From contig CBDFJG010000003.1 in assembly GCA_965248445.1 (NCBI GenBank), positions 1,696,001-1,760,000 on the forward strand: 64,000 bases of DNA, written 5' to 3'. This document shows, piece after piece, positions 29,051-38,775 of the stretch. Each line of letters starts with the position of its first letter. Position 1 is the first letter of the stretch. The notes below the pieces were generated by a model, which searched no databases, was not told where the DNA came from, and saw only the letters and a list, made by a program, of their open reading frames with translations. Source of the stretch: Planctomycetota bacterium. GTDB lineage: Bacteria; Planctomycetota; JAJSAM01; JAJVHW01. The position numbers and the translations under genes are program-made.

Positions 29051-29269
29051 CGCCTCGCCTTTCACAGGAAGCGCGTCCGCACGCGCAGCCGTTCCGAGTC
29101 ACCTGACGAGCAGCCTCCGCATCTCCGGCGTTAGTTCCTCGACGATCGCGCTACGGAAGTGTGGGACCTTCTTGGGGCCGACGAACCTGATGGCCGAAAG
29201 CGAGCGCGTTCTCGCGTGCGGCCAAGACGCATCGAGACCTGGCGCGGCGCGGCAAGACCTCGACGAGAC

Positions 29270-29755
29270 TGCGTTCGCCGCGGAGAACTCCTCCGCCTGG
29301 AGTGGCGCGACGTGGACTTCGGTCGCCGGATGGTGACGGTTCGAGTCGCGAAGAACGGCCAGCCCCGCGACGTCCCGCTCACACGCCGCGCGACCACTGC
29401 GCTCGCCGATCTCAAGGCGAAGCGCACGATCACCCTGAGCGGCCCTCAGCGCGTGTTCTCGTGGATACCGGAGCAGTGGCCCGGTCATCTTGCGAAGGAC
29501 TACAAGCGGGCCGTGAAGGCGGCTGAGTTGCCGCCTCTGCGCCTCCACGACCTTCGGCACCTTGCCGCTGTGAACCTCGTCAGGAGCGGCACCCCACTGC
29601 CCGACGTGGCGAAGTTGCTCGGGCACAAGACGCTGGCGATGACGTGGCGCTACGCCCGGCACACGCCGGGGGACTCAGCGCTGCTAGCGCGCGACCGGCT
29701 GGAGGCGTACTTGGAGACGGGTGAGAGTGCGGAGCGCAGTACAGCGATCTCCTGA
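29270..29755 (+). pseudogene. Tyrosine recombinase/integrase, C-terminal catalytic fragment only
   Basis: RRGELLRLEWRDVD, KNG..R.VPL, HDLRH, LLGH, T.RY; the preceding TG and the N-terminal domains are absent. Confidence 0.88.
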
Positions 29756-29771
29756 CCAGTAGACTGTGCGC

Positions 29772-29924
29772 GTGACGACGAACGACCCGCCCTCGAAGCC
29801 CAAGGACGACGAGGAGCCCGCCACGATGGACGTGGAGGAGTTCGACGTGCTCTTGGCGGGGGCGCTCGGTGCCGGTCGGCCAGATTACGAAGACGAACCA
29901 GAGGACGATGACGGAGACGAGTAG
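29772..29924 (+). CDS. 50-aa acidic hypothetical peptide
   Basis: MTTNDPPSKPKDDEEPATMDVEEFDVLLAGALGAGRPDYEDEPEDDDGDE; GC3-rich; stop overlaps the next ORF. Confidence 0.45.
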   Translation: MTTNDPPSKPKDDEEPATMDVEEFDVLLAGALGAGRPDYEDEPEDDDGDE

Positions 29925-30165
29925 GAGAGAAGCGCGCTGGTCGCGCTTTCTCGCCTTGGCGGCTGCCCTCGTCTTGGGCGTGAGCGCGTTCTCGCAGGTG
30001 TTCGCCTGGATCGTGTTCCGCGACCACGAGGAGGAGGCGATCCTGTCGGACTTCGTGGGCGGCGTCCTGCTGTTCGAGTTCTGGGTCGCGCCCTGGGTCA
30101 CGCTTGCCGCGTTCGTGCTACTCGTCGCGTCACTCTGCGTCGCCGGGAAGTGGACCCGCCGGTAA
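29908..30165 (+). CDS. Small two-TM membrane protein
   Basis: GAGGA RBS; two hydrophobic segments. Confidence 0.6.
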   Translation: MTETSRREARWSRFLALAAALVLGVSAFSQVFAWIVFRDHEEEAILSDFVGGVLLFEFWVAPWVTLAAFVLLVASLCVAGKWTRR

Positions 30166-30364
30166 CGCCGTCACGCTCGTGGGTTCGGGAACGACATCCC
30201 GCGTTCGGTACACGTCCGGTGGCGGTGCCGCGGGCTAGCGGCTACTTCCCCGGCTACTTATTGAGCACGTTTGAAGGCGTCACGGCGCACGCACGAGGAT
30301 GCGCGAACGCGCCAATTGCGAGACTGGAGCGACCAAAGTGGGCTCGCAACCGCAGGCTTCGAGC

Positions 30365-30405
30365 GGATTTTGAATCCTACGCGTCTGCCATTCCGCCACT
30401 CCGGC
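30365..30405 (-). pseudogene. 5' half of tRNA-Leu(CAA), a probable att site
   Basis: Minus strand GCCGGAGTGGCGGAATGGCAGACGCGTAGGATTCAAAATCC, anticodon at 30372-30370; downstream sequence does not complete the anticodon or acceptor stems. Confidence 0.85.
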
Positions 30406-30508
30406 CTGGTTGCAAGGCCTTACCTCTAGCGGAACCCGCGCAGACTGAGAAGCGCCCGCCGAGCGGGAGCCAGTTCACCTCCCGCCGGGGCCCGGGTGGT
30501 CGTGCGCG

Positions 30509-31171
30509 CTAGACGCCGCGCGTGCGGATGCTGCGCCTGCGCCGCGTCCACGCCAGCCCGGTGAGACCGAGGGCGAGGAGCGCAACGGTCGAAGGCTCGG
30601 GGACGGGGACGATGGCGGCGTCCGAGACGATCATCCAACCGAGAATTGAGTTTGGTGGCTGGGCGGTAGTCTGAGAAATGCCCGCGAAGCTGGAAGTAAG
30701 CTGCAGGTAATCACGCGTGGAGTTGGCGCGGACACTTCCGTCCGGGTCCGACCACACGAGCGTTTGGCTAGCAAGGTACGTATAGCCTAGGGCCGCGGAC
30801 AACGTGCCGGCGTCGTAGTTGGTACCGGTCGAAAGCGCTAAGCTGGAACCACTGGTGAACGCGTCGCTTGCGGTGAGGGATCCGTTGTACGAAATCCCTG
30901 CCGCCGCAAAGAGGTCGTCCCACTCCGCGCTCGTTGCCAGTCGCGCATTCGCGTAGGTCCCCTGGGCGTTGGCGAGAGCGGCCGAGAGGGTCAAACCTTC
31001 GCTGTAGGACATGTCGAGGAAGCGCAGGCCATCTGACGCATTCCCGGTATCGTCGATGATGTTCAGGTCGCCGACTTCCATGATGTCAGCCCGCGCAGAC
31101 TCGACACCGAACGCGAAGACGCCCAGGGCGACCATCGCGACCGCCACGGCCTTGCTGCTCTTGATTGACAT
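30509..31171 (-). CDS. PEP-CTERM sorting-domain protein
   Basis: Signal peptide; C-terminal VPEPSTVALLALGLTGLAWTRRRR. Confidence 0.93.
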   Translation of the reverse strand: MSIKSSKAVAVAMVALGVFAFGVESARADIMEVGDLNIIDDTGNASDGLRFLDMSYSEGLTLSAALANAQGTYANARLATSAEWDDLFAAAGISYNGSLTASDAFTSGSSLALSTGTNYDAGTLSAALGYTYLASQTLVWSDPDGSVRANSTRDYLQLTSSFAGISQTTAQPPNSILGWMIVSDAAIVPVPEPSTVALLALGLTGLAWTRRRRSIRTRGV

Positions 31172-31331
31172 GTCTCCGTCCTCCTCAGTGAGCGCAGCCG
31201 CACTGCGCCGCGTTTCCCCACTCGCGCGACGTCCCAACTCGGGCGAGGAGGACGGCCCCAGCCCGTGGACGAGACTCTAGGCAAGTCGTGCCGCTGCGAT
31301 CCAGGGTCTTCTTGAGTCGAGGGTACCGCGG

Positions 31332-33518
31332 CTAGCGGAAGTAGACGCCGGCGCGGCGGAGGTAGTCGAGCACCTTGAAGTCCGTGATGCGCGACCGAAG
31401 GATCGCGACGGAGGGCGCCGGGCGGTCCACCAGCAGGCGGCGTACCGCCTCGACCGTGAGCACCGCGTCCATCGCCGCGGCGTCGCCGGTCGTCAGGATC
31501 ACGCCCTCGCGCTGTTCTGCGATGCGCACGCGGGAAGCCCACTCGCGGATGGAGTACGCGACGTTCTGCGGCACCGGGGTTCGCGCGTTCGCACTCAGGA
31601 AGGCCAGGATCTCCTCGGCGCCGAAGCCCTTGACGACGGCCCGCTCGACCGTCTCCCGCGCGATCCGGTAGTGCGCCACGTGCTCGGACTTCGTGCGCAC
31701 GGCGAACCGGCCGAGCGTGTGCGCGACGACCGGCACGTCTCCCTCGGGGAAGTGGATGACCTCGAAGTCCGGGTTGACGACCAGCGGCTTGGCGACGTCG
31801 ACCTCGAGCGGCGGGCCGAACACGGGGACGTCGGACTCGTCCCCGTCGTCGACTCCGAGCAGCCGCCGGCCGATATCGGTCAGCCGCACGCCGACCGGTG
31901 TGCCGCCGAGGGTCGCGACGTCCACGATCCCGAGCGGATGCAGGCGCCGCAGCAGGTAGTCGCGCAGTTCCTGCGTGACCTGGTCGCCGGTCTCGACCGG
32001 CGGCGTGTACGTGTACTGGAAGCGATTGCGATACTGCTCGTCCACGCCCTCGTCCTCGAGCGCGGCGAAGTGGTCGTTGCGGATGCGGAACGGCACGTCG
32101 TCGAGCAGGAGGAAGCGCGCCCGCGGCGCGAGTGCGAGCATGTGCGCGACGGCGCGGCGCAGGCGCCGCACGTGGAAATCGCGGCCCTCAGGGAGCCGCT
32201 CGTCGAGCAGACGCCCGTACAGCGTCTCGACCTTCTCGTTCAGGTCGGTCGAGTCCCAGGCCTTGCCCGCAGCCGTCAGACGCAGGCGCGACTCGTCCGT
32301 CACCTCGATCAGTTCCAGCCGGAACGCCAGGCTGTAGAGGAGGTCGAACACGTCCTCGCGCGTCATCCACTCGTGCTCGAGGAAGATGAACGTGTCGCGG
32401 ATGCGGTGCTGCGCCGCACGGTAGATGGTGCGCCCCTGCGTCACGCGAAGGGGCGTGCTCGCCGCGAGCTTCAGGAACTCCTGCAGGTCGGTGAGCAGAT
32501 CGACTCCGGCGGCTGCGACGGCGTCGTGCGGCGGCTCGCTCGCCCGGGACCGGTCGAGCAGCCGCTCGGCGACCTCCGCGAACACGACGACGGTCTCGCC
32601 CGGCATCTCGATGCCGTAGCCGCTCAGTTCGAGCGTCGTGACCGTGCCGACCGCAGCATCCTCGAGAGCGTCCTGCACCGTGGCGCGCTCGTACGCGCCG
32701 TACTCGGCTGCGAAGACGCCCCCTTCGACGATTCCCCCGTGCAGGAGCACGGCCCGCCGGACGGCGTCCGCCAGCGCTTCGTCGTCGAGACGCGAGGCGG
32801 GGTCGCCGTCGTCGGAGGGCAAGCCGTGCAGCAGCGCTGCGGCCAATTCCTCCGGCGGCGCGCCCAGTTCCGGCGGCTCCTCCGCGTGGCGCAGCACGGT
32901 GCGCAGTTCGCCGGGCGTCAGCGTGCCGAGATGGCCCGAGAGGGAGAACACTTCGCGGGGACCGCGGTGCTCCTCTTCGAGCATGCCGGCGATGAGCGCG
33001 CCGAGATCGCGCGGCAGGCAGTACTGCTCCACGCCCCTGCGCTTGGTGGCGCCTCCGTTCCTGCCTCGCGAGCCGCCCGATCTACCACTCTTCGATCCAC
33101 CGCGTTTGGATGCATCCGAGCGCACGATGTCGAGGAAGCCGCGGGTACGCAACGCGTTGGCGCCCGCTTCCACCTCGTACGTCTCGAGCGCCTTCCCGTT
33201 CTTCATCGCCAGAAGGTCCGCGACCCCGCCGGCGTAGCCCTCTCTTCGCACGAGCCGCAGGAGCACCTCCCGTGGGGCGTCAGACAGCACCTTGATGCGG
33301 TCGCGCACCGTCTCGCCGTCCGTCAACGAGGCGAGGAGCGGTTCGAGCAGCGCCTGCTTGCGGCCGGGCGCGCGGTGTCCGTTCTGCCAGAAGCCCCACA
33401 TCTCCTGGAGCTCTGCGACCTTGCGCGCGGCCAGCAGCCGCTCGGTCGTGAGCGGTCCTGCAGCGGCGCGTGCGCGCGCTGACTTTCGGCGGGTCGGGTC
33501 AGACGATCTCGTGCTCAT
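31332..33518 (-). CDS. XPB-associated protein with C-terminal Helicase_C_3-like domain
   Basis: LVVNPDFEV...RFA......YRI..E.V..A...G....I..FL...ARTPVPQNVAYSIREW; overlaps the XPB stop. Confidence 0.82.
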   Translation of the reverse strand: MSTRSSDPTRRKSARARAAAGPLTTERLLAARKVAELQEMWGFWQNGHRAPGRKQALLEPLLASLTDGETVRDRIKVLSDAPREVLLRLVRREGYAGGVADLLAMKNGKALETYEVEAGANALRTRGFLDIVRSDASKRGGSKSGRSGGSRGRNGGATKRRGVEQYCLPRDLGALIAGMLEEEHRGPREVFSLSGHLGTLTPGELRTVLRHAEEPPELGAPPEELAAALLHGLPSDDGDPASRLDDEALADAVRRAVLLHGGIVEGGVFAAEYGAYERATVQDALEDAAVGTVTTLELSGYGIEMPGETVVVFAEVAERLLDRSRASEPPHDAVAAAGVDLLTDLQEFLKLAASTPLRVTQGRTIYRAAQHRIRDTFIFLEHEWMTREDVFDLLYSLAFRLELIEVTDESRLRLTAAGKAWDSTDLNEKVETLYGRLLDERLPEGRDFHVRRLRRAVAHMLALAPRARFLLLDDVPFRIRNDHFAALEDEGVDEQYRNRFQYTYTPPVETGDQVTQELRDYLLRRLHPLGIVDVATLGGTPVGVRLTDIGRRLLGVDDGDESDVPVFGPPLEVDVAKPLVVNPDFEVIHFPEGDVPVVAHTLGRFAVRTKSEHVAHYRIARETVERAVVKGFGAEEILAFLSANARTPVPQNVAYSIREWASRVRIAEQREGVILTTGDAAAMDAVLTVEAVRRLLVDRPAPSVAILRSRITDFKVLDYLRRAGVYFR

Positions 33519-35208
33519 CGAGGATTCGGTAGCTGTAGCCCTGTTCGGTGAGGAACAGTTGGCGGTTTGCCGCGAACTCCTGGTCCCGGGAGTCGCGCGT
33601 GACGAGTGAATAGAACGTGGCGCTCCCGCCACCCTGTTTCGGGCGCAGGATGCGGCCGAGCCGCTGCGCCTCCTCCTGGCGGCTGCCGAACGTGCCGGAG
33701 ACCTGGATCAGCACGCTCGCATCCGGGAGATCGATAGCGAAGTTGCCCACCTTCGACACGATCAGCAGCTTGATCGTGCCCGCGCGGAACTTGTCGTAGA
33801 GCTCCTGGCGATCGCGGGTCGGCGTCTTGCCCGTGATGAGCGGCGCGTCCAGCACGTGCGCGAGTTGCTCGAGCTGACCGATGTACTGCCCGATGACCAG
33901 CGTCTGCAGTCCGCGGTGCTTCTCGATCAGCTTGCGCACGACGGGGATCTTGCGCTCGTTCTCCGACGCCATCCGGAACTGCGCGCGGGCGTCCGCGGCC
34001 GCGTACTCCATGCGGAGCCGCTCCGGCCGCCCCACGCGCACCTCGTGGCACGCCGCCGTGGCGATCCAACCCTGCGACTCGAGCACCTTCCAGGGGACGT
34101 CGAAGCGCTTGGGCCCGATGAGCGTGAACACGTCCTGTTCCTTGCCGTCCTCGCGCACCAGGGTGGCGGTCAGCCCGAGGCGGCGCGTGGCTTGGATCTC
34201 GGCGGTCACGCGGAACACCGGCGCGGGCAGCAGGTGGACCTCGTCGTAGACGATGAGGCCCCAGTCGTTGCGCGTGAACAGATCGAAGTGGACGAACGGC
34301 TCGGTCCGCGAGCGGCGGTACGTCAGGATCTGGTACGTCGCGATCGTGACGGCACGAACATCCTTCGTCTCGCCGGTGTACTCGCCCACGTCGTCCGGCG
34401 TGAGGTCGGTCTTGTCGAGGAGTTCGTCGCGCCACTGCCGCACCGCGATCGTGTTGGTGGTGAGGATGAGCGTCTTGGTCCGGCACCGGGCCATCACACC
34501 CATACCCACCACGGTCTTGCCTGCGCCGCACGGGAGAACGATCACGCCGCTACCCCCGCGAGCCGTGCCACCCTGCCAGAAGGCGGCGACACTCTCCTCC
34601 TGATAGGGACGCAACTCACACGGCGGGCGAGTGTCTCCGTTCACGGCGGCGGAACTCCCGTTCACCGACGTGGGGGCTCCTCGCAGTGCGATGTCGAGCG
34701 CGCCGCCGGTGACGTACCCGGCCAGGTCCTCGACGGGATAGCCGACGCGGGTCAGCGCCTGCTTCAGGTGGCCCCGGAAGGCCGGGTCGGCCGCGACGCG
34801 GTTGCCGTCCGGCTCGCCGAGCAGGTACTCCTTCACGAGCGGGGACGCCGCGATCTCGCTCAGCACGGCGGGATCGTCCGTCTCGAGGGCCAGTCCGCCG
34901 TCGACGGCGACGAGCCGCACGCGGCCGAAGCGGTCCACCCACTCGCGGATCTCGCGCGTCACCGACTGCGGCACGGGGTACTTCGAATACCTCGTGAGCG
35001 CGTCGAGCATGTCATCGGCCTGGAGTCCGGTAGCCGCAGCGTTCCAGACCGAGAGCGCTGAGAGCCGGTACGTGTGGATGTGCTCCGGGCTCTTCTCGAG
35101 CTCCGCGAACGGCGAGATCGCGTCACGCGCTGCGCCATGGAGCGGGCTGCCGGCCTCCATCAGCACGGTCCGATCCGACTGGACGATCACGGGGAGGCTC
35201 GGGTCCAC
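33499..35208 (-). CDS. Bacterial XPB (Ssl2/Rad25-like) DNA helicase
   Basis: IVQSDRT, FAELEKSPEHIHTY, LPCGAGKT, DEVH, GLTATLVREDG, QRLGRILRP. Confidence 0.96.
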   Translation of the reverse strand: MDPSLPVIVQSDRTVLMEAGSPLHGAARDAISPFAELEKSPEHIHTYRLSALSVWNAAATGLQADDMLDALTRYSKYPVPQSVTREIREWVDRFGRVRLVAVDGGLALETDDPAVLSEIAASPLVKEYLLGEPDGNRVAADPAFRGHLKQALTRVGYPVEDLAGYVTGGALDIALRGAPTSVNGSSAAVNGDTRPPCELRPYQEESVAAFWQGGTARGGSGVIVLPCGAGKTVVGMGVMARCRTKTLILTTNTIAVRQWRDELLDKTDLTPDDVGEYTGETKDVRAVTIATYQILTYRRSRTEPFVHFDLFTRNDWGLIVYDEVHLLPAPVFRVTAEIQATRRLGLTATLVREDGKEQDVFTLIGPKRFDVPWKVLESQGWIATAACHEVRVGRPERLRMEYAAADARAQFRMASENERKIPVVRKLIEKHRGLQTLVIGQYIGQLEQLAHVLDAPLITGKTPTRDRQELYDKFRAGTIKLLIVSKVGNFAIDLPDASVLIQVSGTFGSRQEEAQRLGRILRPKQGGGSATFYSLVTRDSRDQEFAANRQLFLTEQGYSYRILDEHEIV

Positions 35209-35393
35209 TCTGCTCCTCTCGCGGTTCGGTTCCGGTCTCGCGGTCCGGTTCCGGCGTGGCTTCTCCCGCGCTGCCCGGGAGCCTGCTTGCGAACGTTCCG
35301 CACTTCCGGCGATCCGTGCGCTGGAAACCCCCGAGAGTACTCGCGTGCGGTGCGCCTGGAGACTTTTACGCGCCGATTCGGTCCCTCTCAGGC

Positions 35394-36188
35394 TCAGGCG
35401 AAGGAGGGTCGGGAGAGCGTCGCGAGCAGTTCAGTGTGGAGCCTGGAGTTGGTCGCAGCGACGTGGCCGCCGAGAAGCCAGTCGTCGCCTCCGAGGAGAT
35501 CGGTCACGCGGCCGCCGGCGGCCGCCACGAGCAGGGCGCCGGCTGCCACGTCCCACGCGTTCAGGTGCAGCTCCCAGAAGGCGTCCAGGCGACCGGCCGC
35601 GACCCAGGCGAGATCGAGGGCGGCGGACCCCGTGCGGCGCATGCCCCGGCAGCGCATCAGCACCGCGCGGAAGTTGTCCGTGTTGTCGTCGGGCAGGTTC
35701 TCGCGGTCGTAGGGGAACCCTGTGGCGAGCACCGCATCGGCGAGTTCGTCGGTGTCGCTCACGGCCGTGCGGCGGCCGTTGCACGACGTGACTCCGCCCC
35801 GGACCGCGGTATGCGTCTCTCCGAGCACGGGCGCCAGCACCACGCCCACCTCCGGGACGCCGTCAACCAGCAACGCGACCGAGACGCAGAACAACGGGAT
35901 ACCCTGGGCGAAGTTGTTCGTTCCGTCGAGGGGGTCGACACACCAGAGCCGGGGCGCTGCGGCGGTGTCGGGCGCGGACTCCTCGGCCAGCACGGGGTCG
36001 TCCGGTCGCAGCTTCGCCAGCACGGCGAGCACGGCCTCCTCGGCGCGGCGGTCAGCCGACGTCACCAGATTGCGGCGCTCGGATTTGCTGTCGGCCGACG
36101 AACGGACGCCGGCGGTCCTGTACTCCTCTGTCAACACCACCGCCGCGGCCTCTGCTGCCGCCAGCGCCACTCTCAGGTCGTCGGTCAT
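35394..36188 (-). CDS. suhB: Inositol monophosphatase family protein
   Basis: LVTSADR..E, AEE, DPLDGTNNF, TGFPY, GSAALDL, WDVAAG. Confidence 0.92.
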   Translation of the reverse strand: MTDDLRVALAAAEAAAVVLTEEYRTAGVRSSADSKSERRNLVTSADRRAEEAVLAVLAKLRPDDPVLAEESAPDTAAAPRLWCVDPLDGTNNFAQGIPLFCVSVALLVDGVPEVGVVLAPVLGETHTAVRGGVTSCNGRRTAVSDTDELADAVLATGFPYDRENLPDDNTDNFRAVLMRCRGMRRTGSAALDLAWVAAGRLDAFWELHLNAWDVAAGALLVAAAGGRVTDLLGGDDWLLGGHVAATNSRLHTELLATLSRPSFA

Positions 36189-37684
36189 CGTTCGAGCAAC
36201 GCGTCGACGACCGCGTCCTGCAGGTCGCGCGCACGCCACACGGTCCCCTCGGACAGCACCGCGAAGGCGAGCACACGGTCGCTGCGGCGGACGAACCCCG
36301 CGAGGGCGCTCGTGTCGCGCAGGGTCCCGGTCTTGGCCCGCACCCGGTCCTTGAAGCGCGCCGCGCGCATCCGCTTGCCCAGCGTGCCGGCCGGATCGCC
36401 TGCTTTCGCCAGCGACCGCATGAACGGGATGCGCGCCGGACTGTTGTAGATCTTCGTCAGCACGCGTCCGACCGCGTCGGCGGAGCCCTGGTTCCCCCGG
36501 GAGAGGCCGGAGCCGTCGATCTGGCGGAAGTCGTCATCGAGCGCCAGCACGCCGCGCACGGCCCTCGCACCGCCCTCGAATGAGCCGTCGCCGTCCGTCG
36601 CGACGCCGAGTGCACGGAGGATCAGCTCGGCGTACAGGTTCTGGCTGCGCGTGTTGCACACGCGCACCGCCTCGGCCAAGGGTGTGGCGTGGCGCGCCAG
36701 CACGATCTGACGCGATCGGTCGCGGAGGTGCGCCGGGAACACGGGAATGCCACGCGCGATCCGCACTTCGCCGCGCACGGGTACTCCGGCGTTCGCTAGC
36801 GCTGCGCGGAAGGCCTCGCCGAACAGGGCGACCGGATCGACGCACGCGATCGACGCCGTGTACGGCTGCGCCTTTTCGTAGATCCTGCCGTTGACTCGGA
36901 CGCGGCCGTCCTTCTCGCGGGGTCCGATCGACACGACGTGCTCTTTCTTCGCGGCAGTCGGACGCAGGCGGTTCGCGAACTGCACGAGCCGCGTGCGGGG
37001 AAACGCCGAGACGGACGGAGTGAGCCGCGGTCCGGCGGGCGACACGGTCACGTCGAGGCAGGCGTCGTTGATGCTCAGTGCGGTGACGGGCGCCGAGTAG
37101 GAGGGCCAGTTGCCGTCGCGGAACCCCCAGTCGGGGTGGCGGTCGGGCCAGGCGAAAGACGAGGAGTCGAGAACGAGATCACCTCGCACCTCGACGACTC
37201 CGGCGTCCGCGACCTGCTGCGCCAACGCCGCGATCTCCGCCGCGACGCCGTCGGTCGCCAAGTGCTCGGAGAACCCCGGATCTCCCCCGCCCACGACCAC
37301 CAGATCCCCGGCCACCACTCCCGACGCCGGTTCGTCGTAGACGATCACTTCTGTGGCCAACTCGTGCTCAGATCCGAGTGCCAGGAGGGCTGCTCCGGTC
37401 GTGGCGAGCTTGGTTACCGACGCCATGCGCCGCAGAGATTCGGCGTCCCGGCGGAACAGGGCGCGACCGCTACGCGCGTCCCAGACGGCGAGCGAGACGC
37501 GCACCTCGCGGTGCCCCTTGCGGGACACGGCGTTCTCGATGCGCGTGGCGATCGCGACTTCCGCGGCGTCCAGCTGGAGGGTGCCCGTGTCGCGGGCCCA
37601 CACCGGGGGCAGAGACACCACGAGCACAACGCTCCCCGCGGTGAGGAGCGCCGCGCAAAGCGTGCCGGCGAGACGACGGCGCAT
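36185..37684 (-). CDS. dacB: D-Ala-D-Ala carboxypeptidase/endopeptidase (PBP4, peptidase S13)
   Basis: ASVTK (SxxK), GGGDP, SQN (SxN), DGSGLSR, KTGT. Confidence 0.93.
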   Translation of the reverse strand: MRRRLAGTLCAALLTAGSVVLVVSLPPVWARDTGTLQLDAAEVAIATRIENAVSRKGHREVRVSLAVWDARSGRALFRRDAESLRRMASVTKLATTGAALLALGSEHELATEVIVYDEPASGVVAGDLVVVGGGDPGFSEHLATDGVAAEIAALAQQVADAGVVEVRGDLVLDSSSFAWPDRHPDWGFRDGNWPSYSAPVTALSINDACLDVTVSPAGPRLTPSVSAFPRTRLVQFANRLRPTAAKKEHVVSIGPREKDGRVRVNGRIYEKAQPYTASIACVDPVALFGEAFRAALANAGVPVRGEVRIARGIPVFPAHLRDRSRQIVLARHATPLAEAVRVCNTRSQNLYAELILRALGVATDGDGSFEGGARAVRGVLALDDDFRQIDGSGLSRGNQGSADAVGRVLTKIYNSPARIPFMRSLAKAGDPAGTLGKRMRAARFKDRVRAKTGTLRDTSALAGFVRRSDRVLAFAVLSEGTVWRARDLQDAVVDALLER

Positions 37685-37741
37685 GTCTCTATTGCACCAC
37701 CCCGCGGGGACGGATCCCCGCGAAGCGGGACCGAGGACGGC

Positions 37742-38722
37742 TCAGGCCTCGAGGCGTGGGCCGTGCCACGCCCACGCGCTGCGCACGATCTGCTCGATTT
37801 CGGTCCGCAGCGGCGCGAAGCCGAGCTCCGTCTCGGCCCCGCCCGGGACGGCGACCAGCACGGCCGGGTCACCCGGCTGGCGCGGCGCCTCTTCGGTGGT
37901 CAGTTCGAGCCCCGTCACGGACGCGACGGCATCCGCCACCTCGCGCACGGAGGTACCGCGTCCGGTCCCCAGATTGAGCGCCATCCCTGTGGCCCCGCCG
38001 CGCAGGCGCGTCAAGGCGGCGACGTGGGCGGCGGCGAGGTCCTCCACGTGCACGTAGTCCCGGACACAGGTGCCGTCCGGTGTGGGCCAGTCCGTGCCGA
38101 AGATCCGCAGCGTCGTGCCGGTTGCAGCAGCGTGCAGAGCGAGCGGGATCAGGTGCGTCTCCGGATCGTGGTCCTCGCCGAGCCGCCGAGCGACCCGTCC
38201 GCTGACGCCCCCGCCGCGTTGAAGTAGCGCAGCCGGTAGCTCTGCAGGCCGTGCGCCGCGTAGTCGGTCAGCATGCGCTCGATCGCGGCCTTTGGTGCGG
38301 CCGTACGGCGAGACCGGCGCGAACGGAAGATCCTCCGATAGCGGGCCGTCGCCCTGCGGTTCTCCGTACACGGCACAGGTAGACGAGTGGACCACTCTCT
38401 TCACACCGTGCTCGATGCACGCCCCGAACAGGCTCAAAGCGGATCCGACGTTGTTCTCCCAGTACATCCTCGGCTCGCGCACCGACTCGCCCACGTACGC
38501 GCTCGCCGCGAAGTGCATCACGGCGTCGAAGTCGTCGCTTGCGAGCACCGCGCTCACCGCACCCACGTCGCGGATCGAGATCTCGAACAGGGGGACCTGT
38601 TCGGGAACCGCGTCGCGATGTCCCAGCGACAGGTCGTCGAGGACGACCACGCGTTCGCCGGCCGCGAGGAGCGCGCGCACGGCGAACGAACCGACATAGC
38701 CTGCGCCGCCGGTCACGAGCAC
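37742..38722 (-). CDS. galE: UDP-glucose 4-epimerase with two compensating indels (start approximate)
   Basis: VLVTGGAGYVGS, HFAA..YVGES, YGRTK, GEDHDPETHLIP, DGTCVRDYVHV; LRYFNAAGA lies in another frame between ~38290 and ~38185. Confidence 0.9.
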   Translation of the reverse strand: MLVTGGAGYVGSFAVRALLAAGERVVVLDDLSLGHRDAVPEQVPLFEISIRDVGAVSAVLASDDFDAVMHFAASAYVGESVREPRMYWENNVGSALSLFGACIEHGVKRVVHSSTCAVYGEPQGDGPLSEDLPFAPVSPYGRTKGRDRAHADRLRGARPAELPAALLQRGGGVSGRVARRLGEDHDPETHLIPLALHAAATGTTLRIFGTDWPTPDGTCVRDYVHVEDLAAAHVAALTRLRGGATGMALNLGTGRGTSVREVADAVASVTGLELTTEEAPRQPGDPAVLVAVPGGAETELGFAPLRTEIEQIVRSAWAWHGPRLEA

Positions 38723-38775
38723 CGGGCCGTGCTCGTGACCTTGCGAACCGATGTCACTACTCGAGGCGGGGCCGC

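Noticed and set aside
27265..30165. Classical integron with attC cassettes
   Set aside because: The repeats lack RYYYAAC...GTTRRRY ends, and the integrase fragment looks phage-type with no IntI-specific insertion evident
30325..30405. Intact tRNA-Leu
   Set aside because: The acceptor stem and outer anticodon stem cannot pair, and there is no proper TTCGA T-loop
31332..35208. XPB plus partner as a novel system
   Set aside because: The XPB and Helicase_C_3-protein pairing is a known conserved bacterial arrangement
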